Part shown: one piece after another, positions 8,562 to 18,388 of the stretch
Numbering within the stretch: the stretch's first letter is position 1
How the letters are laid out: every line of letters starts with the position of its first letter
Program-made: the position numbers and the translations under genes
Assembly (NCBI GenBank): GCA_963840035.1
Contig: CAWIXE010000003.1
Span: 320,001 to 384,000 of the forward strand
Direction: 5' to 3'
DNA: 64,000 bases
Origin: a candidate division FCPU426 bacterium
Lineage (GTDB): Bacteria; Oederibacteriota; PGYV01; Palsa-1178
Notes under the pieces: generated by a model
Told to the model about the DNA's origin: nothing
What the model saw: the letters and a program-made list of their open reading frames with translations, nothing else
The model's database searches: none

Positions 8562-8903
8562 ATGAGTTTGCAGACCGAATCGAAGAAGGTTGTAGTTCTG
8601 ATACTTAAAGGCAACATTGACATCGAGGACATGCTGGCTTTGAAGGGCATTATTACCACTTTCGTGGAAAAGGATAATTTCTTTTTTATCCTGGACTTCT
8701 CCGGGGTGGACCACATCAATGTGTCCGGTATTGAGTACTTAAATGAGCGCAAGGAACGCGCGCGTTCCTTAAACGGAGATATAAAGATAATCGGCTCAAA
8801 CGAATATGTAAAAAACCTCTTTTTATACGCCGGATATTGGGGCGAATTTGACTTCTTTGCCAATGAGGAAGAAGCCATAAAGTCATTTGAACATTTAATA
8901 TGA
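8562..8903 (+). CDS. STAS-domain (anti-sigma-factor antagonist-like) protein
   Basis: L.G.ID, ILDFSGVDHINVSGI, GDIKI, V..LF..AG, F..EEEAI; stop overlaps the rsmH ATG. Confidence 0.85.
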   Translation: MSLQTESKKVVVLILKGNIDIEDMLALKGIITTFVEKDNFFFILDFSGVDHINVSGIEYLNERKERARSLNGDIKIIGSNEYVKNLFLYAGYWGEFDFFANEEEAIKSFEHLI

Positions 8904-9826
8904 GTTTTTCCCATACATCCGTCCTTTTAAAGGAAACGCTGGAGTTACTGGACTGCGGTAATAAAGGCGGGGTGTATGTGGACGCGACGCTCGGGTTGGG
9001 CGGGCACAGCGAGGCAATACTTAATTCCAACAGGAACTGCTCTTTAATAGGAATCGATACTGACAGAGGCAATCTGGAAAGCGCAGCGCAGAGGCTGAAA
9101 GTATTTGCGGATGAAAAAAGGTTCACGCCTGTAAAGGCGAACTTCAGGGACCTAGACGCCGTGCTAAAAGACCTGGGCATCCCGGCCGTAGACGGCATAA
9201 TCTTTGACCTGGGGGTTTCCAGCGCGCACTTTGACGACGCAAGCCGCGGCTTCAGCTTTTCAAAGGACGCCCCGCTTGACATGAGGCTCGATAACGAGCA
9301 GGAGCTCGACGCGGATTACGTGGTCAATAAGTACAGGGAAATGGACCTGGAGCGGATAATAAAAGATTACGGCGAGGATTACAAGGCGCGCAAGATAGCA
9401 AATTACATAGTAAAGAACAGGCCGATAAAGACGACGCTGGCCTTAGCCGAGATAGTAAAGGCGGCAAAGCGCGGGGTGAAAGAGCAGATAAACCCAGCAA
9501 CAAAGACCTTCCAGGCCATCAGGATAGAAGTAAACGGCGAGCTGGAAGCCTTAAAGACCGGACTCATAAAAGCGAAAGAAGCCTTAAAAAGCGGCGGCAG
9601 GATGGCGGTAATATCCTTCCACTCGCTGGAAGACAGGATAGTAAAGCAGTACTTTGTGAAGGAAAGCAACGACTGCATATGCGAGAACAAAAGGATGCCG
9701 TGTAACTGCGGACATCAGGCAAGCATAAGGCTGGTAACGAGAAAAGCAGTAATACCAGGAGAGGAAGAAACCCGGGAGAATCCGCGGGCCAGAAGCGCGA
9801 AGTTAAGGGCGGCAGAGAAGATTTAG
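8900..9826 (+). CDS. rsmH: 16S rRNA m4C1402 methyltransferase RsmH
   Basis: H.SVLL.E, DATLGLGGH, DLGVSS, RGFSF...PLDMR, FQAIRIEVN, SFHSLEDRIVK, NPRARSAKLR. Confidence 0.98.
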   Translation: MSFSHTSVLLKETLELLDCGNKGGVYVDATLGLGGHSEAILNSNRNCSLIGIDTDRGNLESAAQRLKVFADEKRFTPVKANFRDLDAVLKDLGIPAVDGIIFDLGVSSAHFDDASRGFSFSKDAPLDMRLDNEQELDADYVVNKYREMDLERIIKDYGEDYKARKIANYIVKNRPIKTTLALAEIVKAAKRGVKEQINPATKTFQAIRIEVNGELEALKTGLIKAKEALKSGGRMAVISFHSLEDRIVKQYFVKESNDCICENKRMPCNCGHQASIRLVTRKAVIPGEEETRENPRARSAKLRAAEKI

Positions 9827-9882
9827 GTTGGCGGGAGATAAGAGCCTGGAGACAGGAGTAAGGCGGGAAGTAAAAGGTTCTC

Positions 9883-9971
9883 GTAGGGGCGAGTCGGTGA
9901 CTCGCCCGCAACGATGGAAGTATAAGCGGCCTTAAGCACAAAGACCGGGCGAGCCACCGGCTCGCCCCTAC
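9883..9971. repeat. family-A REPIN
   Basis: Same REP pair as 8390-8485. Confidence 0.92.
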
Positions 9972-10044
9972 GAAGACGGATGCAAAAGCTAAACAGGTTA
10001 TAATTAGAAATCATAAATTAGAAATTAAAGGAGCCCTTAAAAAC

Positions 10045-10437
10045 ATGTACGAGAATTCGTCCCGGCGCAAGTTTCTTCGTATTCTTGACCCTAAGAATAC
10101 CCATGCCGGGCACCAGGCTCCCGAGGGCGTTGTGCCTTTGATAATCGGCGCGGTGGTGCTGTTAACGATGTGCGTGTTTTTCGCGAACCAGTCGGTAAAG
10201 TACAGCTATGAAATGAGCGACCTTACAAAAACGAGGGACAGGCTGAAAAGCCAGAAATCCATAATGGAAGTCAAGCTCCAGGGCATGATGTCCGACGAGC
10301 AGGTGGCTGAAGTGGCAAAGAAACGCTACGGCTTTAAGGAAGCCGAGCGCAAAGAAGTAATAGTGGCGGACGCGTATAACGCGTCGCTTTTTGACAGGAT
10401 AGGAAGGATTTTCGGCGGAGGAACGTCGGACAGGTAG
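10045..10437 (+). CDS. ftsL: cell division protein FtsL (putative)
   Basis: Between rsmH and ftsI; one TM, then a coiled coil and V.EVAKK.YGF motif. Confidence 0.75.
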   Translation: MYENSSRRKFLRILDPKNTHAGHQAPEGVVPLIIGAVVLLTMCVFFANQSVKYSYEMSDLTKTRDRLKSQKSIMEVKLQGMMSDEQVAEVAKKRYGFKEAERKEVIVADAYNASLFDRIGRIFGGGTSDR

Positions 10438-10455
10438 GCGTTTATTTTTGATCCC

Positions 10456-10544
10456 GTAGGGGCGAGTCGGTGACTCGCCCGCAACGAGGGAAGTAAAGGC
10501 GGCCTTTAGTTCTAAGGCCGGGCGAGCCACCGGCTCGCCCCTAC
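10456..10544. repeat. family-A REPIN
   Basis: Same REP pair as 8390-8485. Confidence 0.92.
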
Positions 10545-10640
10545 GAGAACCAGAACGGAACGAAAGCAACGCAACAGCAAAACAAATAATAGCCCGCGGA
10601 TGAGAACGGGCTGATGTACCGCGATATCACGGAGAGTTAA

Positions 10641-12761
10641 ATGACTGACGGAAACGAAATAAACAAGCGCATAGAGTGGATGCTTACACTTGGCATAGTG
10701 ATGTTTGCCGTTTTCTTTGTGCAGCTTGTACTGCTTCAGGTATTCCAGTACGGCAAGTTCAAATCCATGGCGCAGAAGCAGCACCTCTCCACGGTAAAGC
10801 AGCAGCTCGGCCGCGGCACCATATACACCTCTGACGGAAAAAAAGCGGCCTTATCCATAAAATCATACTCCATTTCCGCGAACCCCAGGCAGCTGCGCAA
10901 CAAGCCGGTCACAGCCGCGTTTTTGGCAAAGCATCTTGGATTAAACTACGCCTCCATACTTTCAAAATTCAACCAGAAAAAGGAATTCGTTTACATAGCA
11001 AGGAAAGTTGACGCGGACAAGGCATCAGTAATAGTCGAGCGCGATATTGAGGGGCTCTCGGCCCAGGCCGAGGAAAAACGGTATTACCCTCTTAAGGAAA
11101 CAGCGGCCCACATAGTCGGCTTTACCGGGACTGACAACACAGGGCTGGAAGGCATAGAGGAATCATTTGAAAAATATTTGAAGGGAAAAGAAGGCTTTGT
11201 CCAGATAAAAAAAGACGCGAAGGGCAGGAAGGTCCTGCTCGACACGGTTGACATAAAAAAGGCCGAGGGCGGCGCGGACATTTATCTGACTGTCAACTCC
11301 ACCATCCAGTATTACGCGCAGCAGGAATTAAAGAACGCCGTTGAAAAATACAAGGGCAAAAGCGGCATGCTAATCTCCATGAACCCGGAGACCGGCGCCG
11401 TTCTTGCGCTTGCCAACTACCCGACATATGACCCCAATGAGTTCGGGGACTATTCGCAGGAGTCCAGGAGGAACCGGGCGGTAACTGACATATTTGAGCC
11501 GGGTTCGACCTTCAAGATATTCACCATGTCCGCAATCTTAAAAGAGCGGCCCGAGACTTATAACGAAAAAGTTTTCTGCGGCAACGGGCTGCAGCAGTTT
11601 TTTGACAGGAAAGTGCATGACCATGAAAAGCACGGCTGGCTGACCGTCCCGGAAGTCATGAAGTATTCGTCCAACATCGGCATGGTGGAACTGGCGCTCA
11701 GGGTCAAGGCGGACAAACTTTACAGCGAATACTCGGACTACGGCTTCGGCAGGCCCACGGGCTCGGATATGCCCGGCGAAGTTGGCGGCATCTTAAGGCC
11801 GGTTTCAGAGTGGGACAACACCACGCTCACATCCATACCGTACGGCCAGGAAGTAGCCGTAACCGGCATGCAGATGATGCGCGCGTACGCGGCGCTGGCA
11901 AACGGCGGATACATGGTGACCCCGTACGTCGTTGACAGGATAGAAAAGAACGGCAGCACCGTGTACAGGCATAAATCAGGGGACAGAAAAAAAGTGGTTG
12001 ATGACGGATTAAGGAAAAAACTTGTGACCATGCTTGAGATGGTAACGGAAAAAGACGGCACAGGCAAGAAAGCGGCTTTGACCGGATACCAGGTGGCAGG
12101 CAAGACGGGAACGGCACAGAAGCATAACCCGAAAGGCAAAGGCTACCTGGCAGGCAGGTACGTGTGTTCGTTCATCGGTTTTTTTCCCGCTGAAAAGCCT
12201 GAAGTTGTGACCATGGTCCTGGTTGACGAGCCAAGCGAGATATGGGCCTACGGCGGGGACGTGGCGGCGCCGGCATTTAAGAAACTCTCGAACGTGATGA
12301 TATCATACCTTAACATATTACCCGGCAAGGCCGGCGAGACTGTAGTGGCGCAGGAAAAAGCGCCGGAGGAAAAGCCCAAGGAATCCAGGCTCCCTGATTT
12401 TTGCTTAAAGCAGTACTCGGACGCGAAGAAGTTCCTGGCAGAGAACGAGATAAAGCACCAGCGCATAGGCTTCGGAAAGTACGTGATATCGCAGGACCCG
12501 CAGCCCAGAAAGACGGTTAAGGCCACGGATACGGTCTCGGTTTATCTGGGCGATGTGGACAGGAATAACCAGGTAAAAATATATATGCCCGACATCAGGG
12601 GCTGTACCATAAAAAAGGCCGTGGACATACTCGCGGTATACGGGTTGAAGGCCAAATGCTCGGGCAGCGGAGTGGCGGTCGGGCAGACGCCAAAGCCGGG
12701 CGTGGCGATAAAAAAGGGCGCGGAATGCGTCATAAACTTTGATTTCAAAGACAGGACGTAA
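10641..12761 (+). CDS. ftsI: septal transpeptidase FtsI/PBP3 with C-terminal PASTA domains
   Basis: RGTI, R.YP, GLEGIE, EPGSTFK (SxxK), SSN, KTGTAQ; two PASTA-like repeats. Confidence 0.95.
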   Translation: MTDGNEINKRIEWMLTLGIVMFAVFFVQLVLLQVFQYGKFKSMAQKQHLSTVKQQLGRGTIYTSDGKKAALSIKSYSISANPRQLRNKPVTAAFLAKHLGLNYASILSKFNQKKEFVYIARKVDADKASVIVERDIEGLSAQAEEKRYYPLKETAAHIVGFTGTDNTGLEGIEESFEKYLKGKEGFVQIKKDAKGRKVLLDTVDIKKAEGGADIYLTVNSTIQYYAQQELKNAVEKYKGKSGMLISMNPETGAVLALANYPTYDPNEFGDYSQESRRNRAVTDIFEPGSTFKIFTMSAILKERPETYNEKVFCGNGLQQFFDRKVHDHEKHGWLTVPEVMKYSSNIGMVELALRVKADKLYSEYSDYGFGRPTGSDMPGEVGGILRPVSEWDNTTLTSIPYGQEVAVTGMQMMRAYAALANGGYMVTPYVVDRIEKNGSTVYRHKSGDRKKVVDDGLRKKLVTMLEMVTEKDGTGKKAALTGYQVAGKTGTAQKHNPKGKGYLAGRYVCSFIGFFPAEKPEVVTMVLVDEPSEIWAYGGDVAAPAFKKLSNVMISYLNILPGKAGETVVAQEKAPEEKPKESRLPDFCLKQYSDAKKFLAENEIKHQRIGFGKYVISQDPQPRKTVKATDTVSVYLGDVDRNNQVKIYMPDIRGCTIKKAVDILAVYGLKAKCSGSGVAVGQTPKPGVAIKKGAECVINFDFKDRT

Positions 12762-14237
12762 ATGAAAAAACAAAAGTTAAAAGCGCTGCTAAGAGGCATT
12801 AAGGGATTAACTCTGCTGTCGGGCAGCATGGATACATACATCACAACTGTTGCCGAAGGCGCGTCATCGGCAAAGCGCGGCTCAATATTCTTCTGCGTTA
12901 AGGGAGTGGAAAAAGACGGTCATGACTACATACCGCAGGCATTAGCCGCGGGCGTGTCAGTGCTCGTGGTACAAAAGGATGTTAAGCCGGCAAAAGGCGT
13001 GACAATAGTAAAAGTCGACGACTGCCGCGAAGCCATGTTCACGGCAGTGGACAGGTTCTACAGCGCGGATAAAAAGAAAGTACGGATAACGGGAATCACA
13101 GGCACCAAGGGAAAGACCACGGTCTCATACCTGATAGAAGCATTAATAAAGGAACAGACCGGCAAAGACTGCGCCGTGATCGGAACGATTGGTTTTAAAG
13201 TCGGTAAAAAAGTTTATCCGGCCGACAATACAACACCGTCGAATATAACCATACACAAGTTAATAGCGGAAGCGGCAGGCAGAGGGATTAAAGACGTAAT
13301 AATAGAAGCTTCATCACACGCCTTAGACCAGGGCAGGCTGAAGAATATAAAGCTCGACGCGGCAGTAATGACAAACGTGACACGCGACCACTTTGACTAC
13401 CATAAGACGTATGAGAATTACCTTGCGGCAAAATTAAAGATGGTTTCAGAGTGCCTGAAAAAAGGCGGGCTGCTCGCGGTAAACGCGGATGATAAATCAG
13501 CGGCTGATTTCATAAGGGAAGGCAAAAAGAAAGAGGCAAATATAATTACATACGCAGAAAAGGCGAAGGCTGACTATAAGCTCCTGTTTTTTGACGTTGA
13601 CGTCAAGGGGGTTGATTTTGAAGTCGAATACGGCGGGAAAAAGCATTTGTTCCACTCGGGTTTAGTCGGAGAACATAACATATACAACATAATGGCCGCG
13701 CTTGCCGTGATGGATAAAAGGGTTTCCTTAAAATCCGCTGTAAAGGCTGTTAAGGAATTCAAGACCGTAAAGGGCAGGCTGGATAAGGCGTATGACGGGG
13801 AGTTTACCGTGCTTGTGGATTTTGCACATACTCCTGACTCGCTTGAAAAGATACTGATAGCCTTGAACCAGCTGAAAAAGGCGAGGATAATCACGCTCTT
13901 TGGCGCCGGCGGAAACCGCGACAAAGGCAAAAGGCCATTAATGGGCGCTGTGGCTGAAAAGCTTTCGGACGTGGTAATCGTGACATCGGATAACCCGAGG
14001 CACGAAAAACCTGAAGCCATCATAAAAGACGTAATGGCAGGCATAGTTGATAAGAAAAAAGCAATAGTCATAGCTGACCGCGGAAAAGCCATAAAAAAGG
14101 CCGTTGAGATAGCCAAAGAACACGACATCATAATACTGGCCGGCAAGGGCCACGAAGAGTACCAGATAATAGGGGACACTAAGTACCCGTTTAACGACGC
14201 GAAAGAGGTTAAAAAAGCGATAAGGGGCTTAAAGTGA
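12762..14237 (+). CDS. murE: UDP-MurNAc-dipeptide:meso-DAP ligase MurE
   Basis: GITGTKGKTT, NTTP, EASSHAL.Q.R, DFAHTPD, GGNRD..KR, SDNPR (DAP-type), AGKGHE. Confidence 0.97.
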   Translation: MKKQKLKALLRGIKGLTLLSGSMDTYITTVAEGASSAKRGSIFFCVKGVEKDGHDYIPQALAAGVSVLVVQKDVKPAKGVTIVKVDDCREAMFTAVDRFYSADKKKVRITGITGTKGKTTVSYLIEALIKEQTGKDCAVIGTIGFKVGKKVYPADNTTPSNITIHKLIAEAAGRGIKDVIIEASSHALDQGRLKNIKLDAAVMTNVTRDHFDYHKTYENYLAAKLKMVSECLKKGGLLAVNADDKSAADFIREGKKKEANIITYAEKAKADYKLLFFDVDVKGVDFEVEYGGKKHLFHSGLVGEHNIYNIMAALAVMDKRVSLKSAVKAVKEFKTVKGRLDKAYDGEFTVLVDFAHTPDSLEKILIALNQLKKARIITLFGAGGNRDKGKRPLMGAVAEKLSDVVIVTSDNPRHEKPEAIIKDVMAGIVDKKKAIVIADRGKAIKKAVEIAKEHDIIILAGKGHEEYQIIGDTKYPFNDAKEVKKAIRGLK

Positions 14238-15625
14238 TATTAACTTTAAGCGAACTGTATAAAGTGTTTGGAAAGAAAATGGCTGTTAAGGACGCGAAAA
14301 TAAAAGGAATCTGCACTGATACGAGGAAGCTGAAAAAAGGCGAAGTGTTTTTCGCGCTCATTGGCGAAACTAACGGCCATAAATACGCCGGAGCGGCCTT
14401 TAAGTCAGGCGCAGCCGCGGTGGTTGTGGAGAAGTATGTAAAGGGAATTGATGAAAAGTTCCAGGTAAAAGTAAAGGATACGACAAAGGCTCTTTTAAAG
14501 CTCGCAGAGTATTACTTTAAAAAGTTCGGCAGCGTCAAAGCCGTCGCGGTGACAGGCTCAAACGGCAAGACCACGACCAAGGAGCTCCTGGCAGCCATGC
14601 TTTCGCAGAAGTATACGACCTTAAAGAGCGAGAAGAGTTTTAACAACAACATAGGGCTGCCGCATACGGTCTTTAACCTGGGACCGGAACATGAGGCGGT
14701 TGTATTTGAACTGGGCATGAACCATAAAGGCGAGATTAAAAACCTGGTATCGGCGATAAGGCTGGATGCCGCGATAATTACCAATGTCGGCAGGGCGCAC
14801 GTGGGGTTCTTTAAGGACGGCGTGAAGGGGATTGCTAACGCGAAAGCTGAAATAATGCAGGGGATTAAGAATGGCGGAGTGGTTGTTTTAAATAAAGATG
14901 ATAAGTTTTTTGAGTTTTTGACGGGGAAAGCCGTGGAGAGAGGACGAGACAGGAGACTGGAGACAGGAGTAGGGAAAGACGGAAACCTTAAGGTGAAAAC
15001 ATTCGGAGTTGTCAATGATGCGGATGTAAAAGTGGAATCATACGGGACTAAAGGCGGCCGGACAATGTTTAAAGTCAACTGCGTAAAGCCGGAACTTTCA
15101 ATGAGCCTAAAGGGTGAGCATAACTTAAGCAACGCGGCGGCGGCTATTGCGGCGGCGAAAACCTTCGGGGTAAGCGACGCGGGGATAAAGAAGGCTCTTT
15201 TGAAGTTCAGGATGGAAGGGTTCATGCGGTTTGAGGAAGTAAAGCTGGGAAACGGCATCACGGCCATAAACGACTGCTACAACGCCAACCCCGACTCTTT
15301 TAAGGCCTCGATAGAGACCTTAAAAAAGATGGGGACAAAAGGGCTGGTAGTTTTAATGGGGGACATGCTGGAGCTGGGCAAAGACGCGAAGAAGTTCCAC
15401 GAAGAAACAGGCAAAAGGTTCGCCGGGTTAAATATAAAGAAGTTCTTAATATATGGAAAGCACGCGGAAGACGTGAAAAAAGGCTACGGGCAGAAGGCCG
15501 AGACCTTTAAGGACAGGGAAGAGCTGAAGAATGCCCTGAAGCTGGCTGTTAAACCGGGAGATACAGTGTTTGTTAAAGGCTCACGGGGTAATAAACTGGA
15601 AGAGATAATTAAAGTTCTGAAATAA
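14234..15625 (+). CDS. murF: UDP-MurNAc-tripeptide:D-Ala-D-Ala ligase MurF
   Basis: TDTR, TGSNGKTTTKE, SFNN.IG.P, ELGMNH.GEI, NDCYNANP.S, GDMLELG, KGSRG. Confidence 0.97.
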   Translation: MILTLSELYKVFGKKMAVKDAKIKGICTDTRKLKKGEVFFALIGETNGHKYAGAAFKSGAAAVVVEKYVKGIDEKFQVKVKDTTKALLKLAEYYFKKFGSVKAVAVTGSNGKTTTKELLAAMLSQKYTTLKSEKSFNNNIGLPHTVFNLGPEHEAVVFELGMNHKGEIKNLVSAIRLDAAIITNVGRAHVGFFKDGVKGIANAKAEIMQGIKNGGVVVLNKDDKFFEFLTGKAVERGRDRRLETGVGKDGNLKVKTFGVVNDADVKVESYGTKGGRTMFKVNCVKPELSMSLKGEHNLSNAAAAIAAAKTFGVSDAGIKKALLKFRMEGFMRFEEVKLGNGITAINDCYNANPDSFKASIETLKKMGTKGLVVLMGDMLELGKDAKKFHEETGKRFAGLNIKKFLIYGKHAEDVKKGYGQKAETFKDREELKNALKLAVKPGDTVFVKGSRGNKLEEIIKVLK

Positions 15626-15638
15626 GAAACCGTTCCGT

Positions 15639-15859
15639 GTAGAGAGCCGGCTTGCTGGCTCTCTAACGCTGGAGAGGGAGCAAGCCCCCTCTCTACAGAG
15701 TAACAGGATGGTGGTTTGCATCAGGTATGGTAGCCGCAGCCTTTGCCAGCGCAACACCGGCCTTTCGCAACCTGAAGGTTGCGGCTACCGGCGCTGAAAG
15801 GCCGGGCGAGCCACACGTTTTCGCTGAAGCTTCAACGTGCAAGGCCGGCTCGCCCCTAC
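15639..15859. repeat. composite REP cluster: family-C REPIN (15639-15696), family-D pair (15730-15788), family-A REP with 31-nt insert (15804-15859)
   Basis: GTAGAGAGCCGGCTTGCTGGCTCTC...CTCTCTAC; GTAGCCGCAGCC...GGTTGCGGCTAC; GGGCGAGCC...CCCCTAC. Confidence 0.88.
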
Positions 15860-15937
15860 GAAGGCAAGGCAGGGCTTAATTAGAAATTAGGAATCAGAAA
15901 TTAGAAATTAAAAAAATGAAACGAGGTGCTGTGGAGC

Positions 15938-17023
15938 ATGTTTTACCACCTGATTTACCCGCTGCATATATACCTGTCGGGGTTGAATATTTTCCGTTAT
16001 ATAACTGTCAGGGCTGCTTTTGCCGCTATTACGGCTTTTGTCATAACCCTTTTAATAGGCAAAGGCGTCATCGCTTTGATGAAAAAGATGTCAGTTACCC
16101 AGGTCATCCGCGAGGAAGGACCAAAGGACCACTTGAGCAAGAAGGGCACGCCCACCATGGGCGGGCTCATGATGCTCATATCCTTTACCATTTCCATGCT
16201 GTTGTGGGGGCGTTTTGACAACAATTACGTTTACATAGTTTACTTCGCCACTTTCTGGTTCGCTTTTATAGGGTTCCTTGACGATTATTTAAAGCTGAAA
16301 GTCGGAACAAAAGGGCTTGCCTCAAAATGGAAGTTTTTGATGCAGGTGGCAGGCGGTTTTGTGGTTGTGGCCATGTACCTGCTATTCACGGAAAAAACAT
16401 TCGCGTATACCACGTTCATAAACGTGCCGTTCGTGAAAAACCCGGTGGAACTGCCGGTATGGCTCTACGTCATATTCGCCATGCTCATAGTGGCGGGGTG
16501 GTCCAACGCGGTTAACTTTACCGACGGCATGGACGGGCTGGCGAGCGGGCTTTCGCTTTTTGTATTCGCCACATTCGTGGTCATGTCCTATATAATAGGA
16601 AACATAAAGTTCAGCGAATACCTCCTTATCATGCACGTGGCAAAGGCGGCTGAGATAACTGTAATATGCTCGGCTGTGGTGGGTTCCCTGCTCGGGTTCC
16701 TGTGGTTTAACGCCTACCCCGCGCAGATATTCATGGGCGACATAGGCGCGCTGATGCTCGGCGGAGTCGTGGGGACTGTGGCCGTGCTGATTAAGCAGGA
16801 ACTTCTCCTCCTTATAGTAGGCATAATATTCGTGGCAGAGGTGGCTTCGGTCATCCTGCAGGTCGGGTCTTATAAGTTAACGGGCAAGAGGATATTTAAA
16901 ATGGCGCCGCTTCACCACCATTTCCAGCTGGCCGGCGTCTCAGAACCAAAGCTGATAATAAGGTTCTGGATAATAGCGCTTATCGTGCTTTTGTTTACTT
17001 TAAGCACGCTAAAGCTGAGGTGA
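15938..17023 (+). CDS. mraY: phospho-MurNAc-pentapeptide transferase MraY
   Basis: KKGTPTMGG, GFLDDYLK, NAVNFTDGMDGLA, FMGD.G, MAPLHHHF; ATG at 15938 preferred. Confidence 0.98.
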   Translation: MFYHLIYPLHIYLSGLNIFRYITVRAAFAAITAFVITLLIGKGVIALMKKMSVTQVIREEGPKDHLSKKGTPTMGGLMMLISFTISMLLWGRFDNNYVYIVYFATFWFAFIGFLDDYLKLKVGTKGLASKWKFLMQVAGGFVVVAMYLLFTEKTFAYTTFINVPFVKNPVELPVWLYVIFAMLIVAGWSNAVNFTDGMDGLASGLSLFVFATFVVMSYIIGNIKFSEYLLIMHVAKAAEITVICSAVVGSLLGFLWFNAYPAQIFMGDIGALMLGGVVGTVAVLIKQELLLLIVGIIFVAEVASVILQVGSYKLTGKRIFKMAPLHHHFQLAGVSEPKLIIRFWIIALIVLLFTLSTLKLR

Positions 17024-17026
17024 CGG

Positions 17027-18388
17027 ATGCTCGAACTTAAAGGCAAATCAATACTGATTCTCGGCGCCGGTAAAAGCGGCATATCGACCGCGAAATACCT
17101 GCTTGATAAGGGCGTCAAAAAGATAGTGTTAAGCGACACCAAATCCAGGGTCAAGTTTGACGCCGAGGCCATAGAGCTTGAGAAAAAAGGCGTGGTCCTG
17201 GAAACCGACGGCCATAAGGATTCGTCCTTTATGGAGGCTGATTACATCATACTTTCGCCGGGAGTGCCAGTGCAGGACAAGTGGAAGGAAGTCGCCTCGC
17301 GCAATAACAAGCTCATGATAGGCGACGTGGAATTCGCTTACCAGTTCACTGACGCGAAGATTGTGGCCATAACCGGCACGAACGGCAAGACAACGGTCAC
17401 AACTTTAATTTATGAAATAATGAAAGCGCAGATGGGGGATAAAGTGGAGCTCGCGGGCAATATAGGCATACCGTTTTGCGACTTGCTCGCCTCCGGCAAA
17501 AAACCCGAATACATAGTGGTTGAGATTTCGTCCTTTCAGCTTGAGGAGATACGTGATTTTAAGCCGGTGGTTTCGATAATACTCAACGTGACTGAGGACC
17601 ATCTGGACAGGTACAAATCCATGCAGGAATACGCCGAGGCAAAGGCGAACATATTCAAAAACCAGGGGCCAAACGAGGCGCTTATATTAAATACTGAGGA
17701 CAAATTTACGAGCATAATGGTTTCCATGTCAAAGACGAAAAAATATTATTTCTCGGCTTACAGGGAACTCGAAACGGGCTTTTATTTTAAGGACGGATGG
17801 TTCATGAAGTCGGAAGCCGGGAAAAAGGAAAAACTTTTCGCGGCTGACTCCATGAAGTTAATCGGAAAGCATAACTATGAGAACGTGCTTTCGTGCTACA
17901 TGACGGCCGAGATATTAAAACTCGACACAGAGGCGGCCATCAAAACCATACAGGAATTTACCGGGCTCCACCACAGGATAGAGTTCGTGGGCGAGGCCAG
18001 GGGCATAAAGTGCTATGACGACTCAAAAGGCACAAACGTGGACGCGGTATTAAAGGCCATGGAAACATTTGACCAGGACATGGCGCTCATTTTAGGCGGC
18101 AGGGAAAAAGGCACGGATTTTACCCCGATACTTGAAAAATTGACGCCTAACATAAAGGCGATAATAGCGCTTGGCGAAAACAGGGATAAGATAGAGTCCA
18201 TATTCACGCCAAAAATAGAAGTGAGGAAAGCCGCTTCCATGGAAGAGGCGGTAAACGCGGGTCTGACAGTGCCGGGCATAAAGGTGCTCTTATTATCGCC
18301 GGCATGCGCGTCGTTTGACCTTTTTAAAAATTATGCCCACAGGGGCGATGAGTTCAAAAAATACGTGTTAAAGGCGGCAGGAAAATGA
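17027..18388 (+). CDS. murD: UDP-MurNAc-L-Ala:D-Glu ligase MurD
   Basis: G.GKSG, SPGVP, TGTNGKTT, GNIG.P, EISSFQLE, DHLDRY, DDSKGTN, SPACASFD. Confidence 0.98.
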   Translation: MLELKGKSILILGAGKSGISTAKYLLDKGVKKIVLSDTKSRVKFDAEAIELEKKGVVLETDGHKDSSFMEADYIILSPGVPVQDKWKEVASRNNKLMIGDVEFAYQFTDAKIVAITGTNGKTTVTTLIYEIMKAQMGDKVELAGNIGIPFCDLLASGKKPEYIVVEISSFQLEEIRDFKPVVSIILNVTEDHLDRYKSMQEYAEAKANIFKNQGPNEALILNTEDKFTSIMVSMSKTKKYYFSAYRELETGFYFKDGWFMKSEAGKKEKLFAADSMKLIGKHNYENVLSCYMTAEILKLDTEAAIKTIQEFTGLHHRIEFVGEARGIKCYDDSKGTNVDAVLKAMETFDQDMALILGGREKGTDFTPILEKLTPNIKAIIALGENRDKIESIFTPKIEVRKAASMEEAVNAGLTVPGIKVLLLSPACASFDLFKNYAHRGDEFKKYVLKAAGK

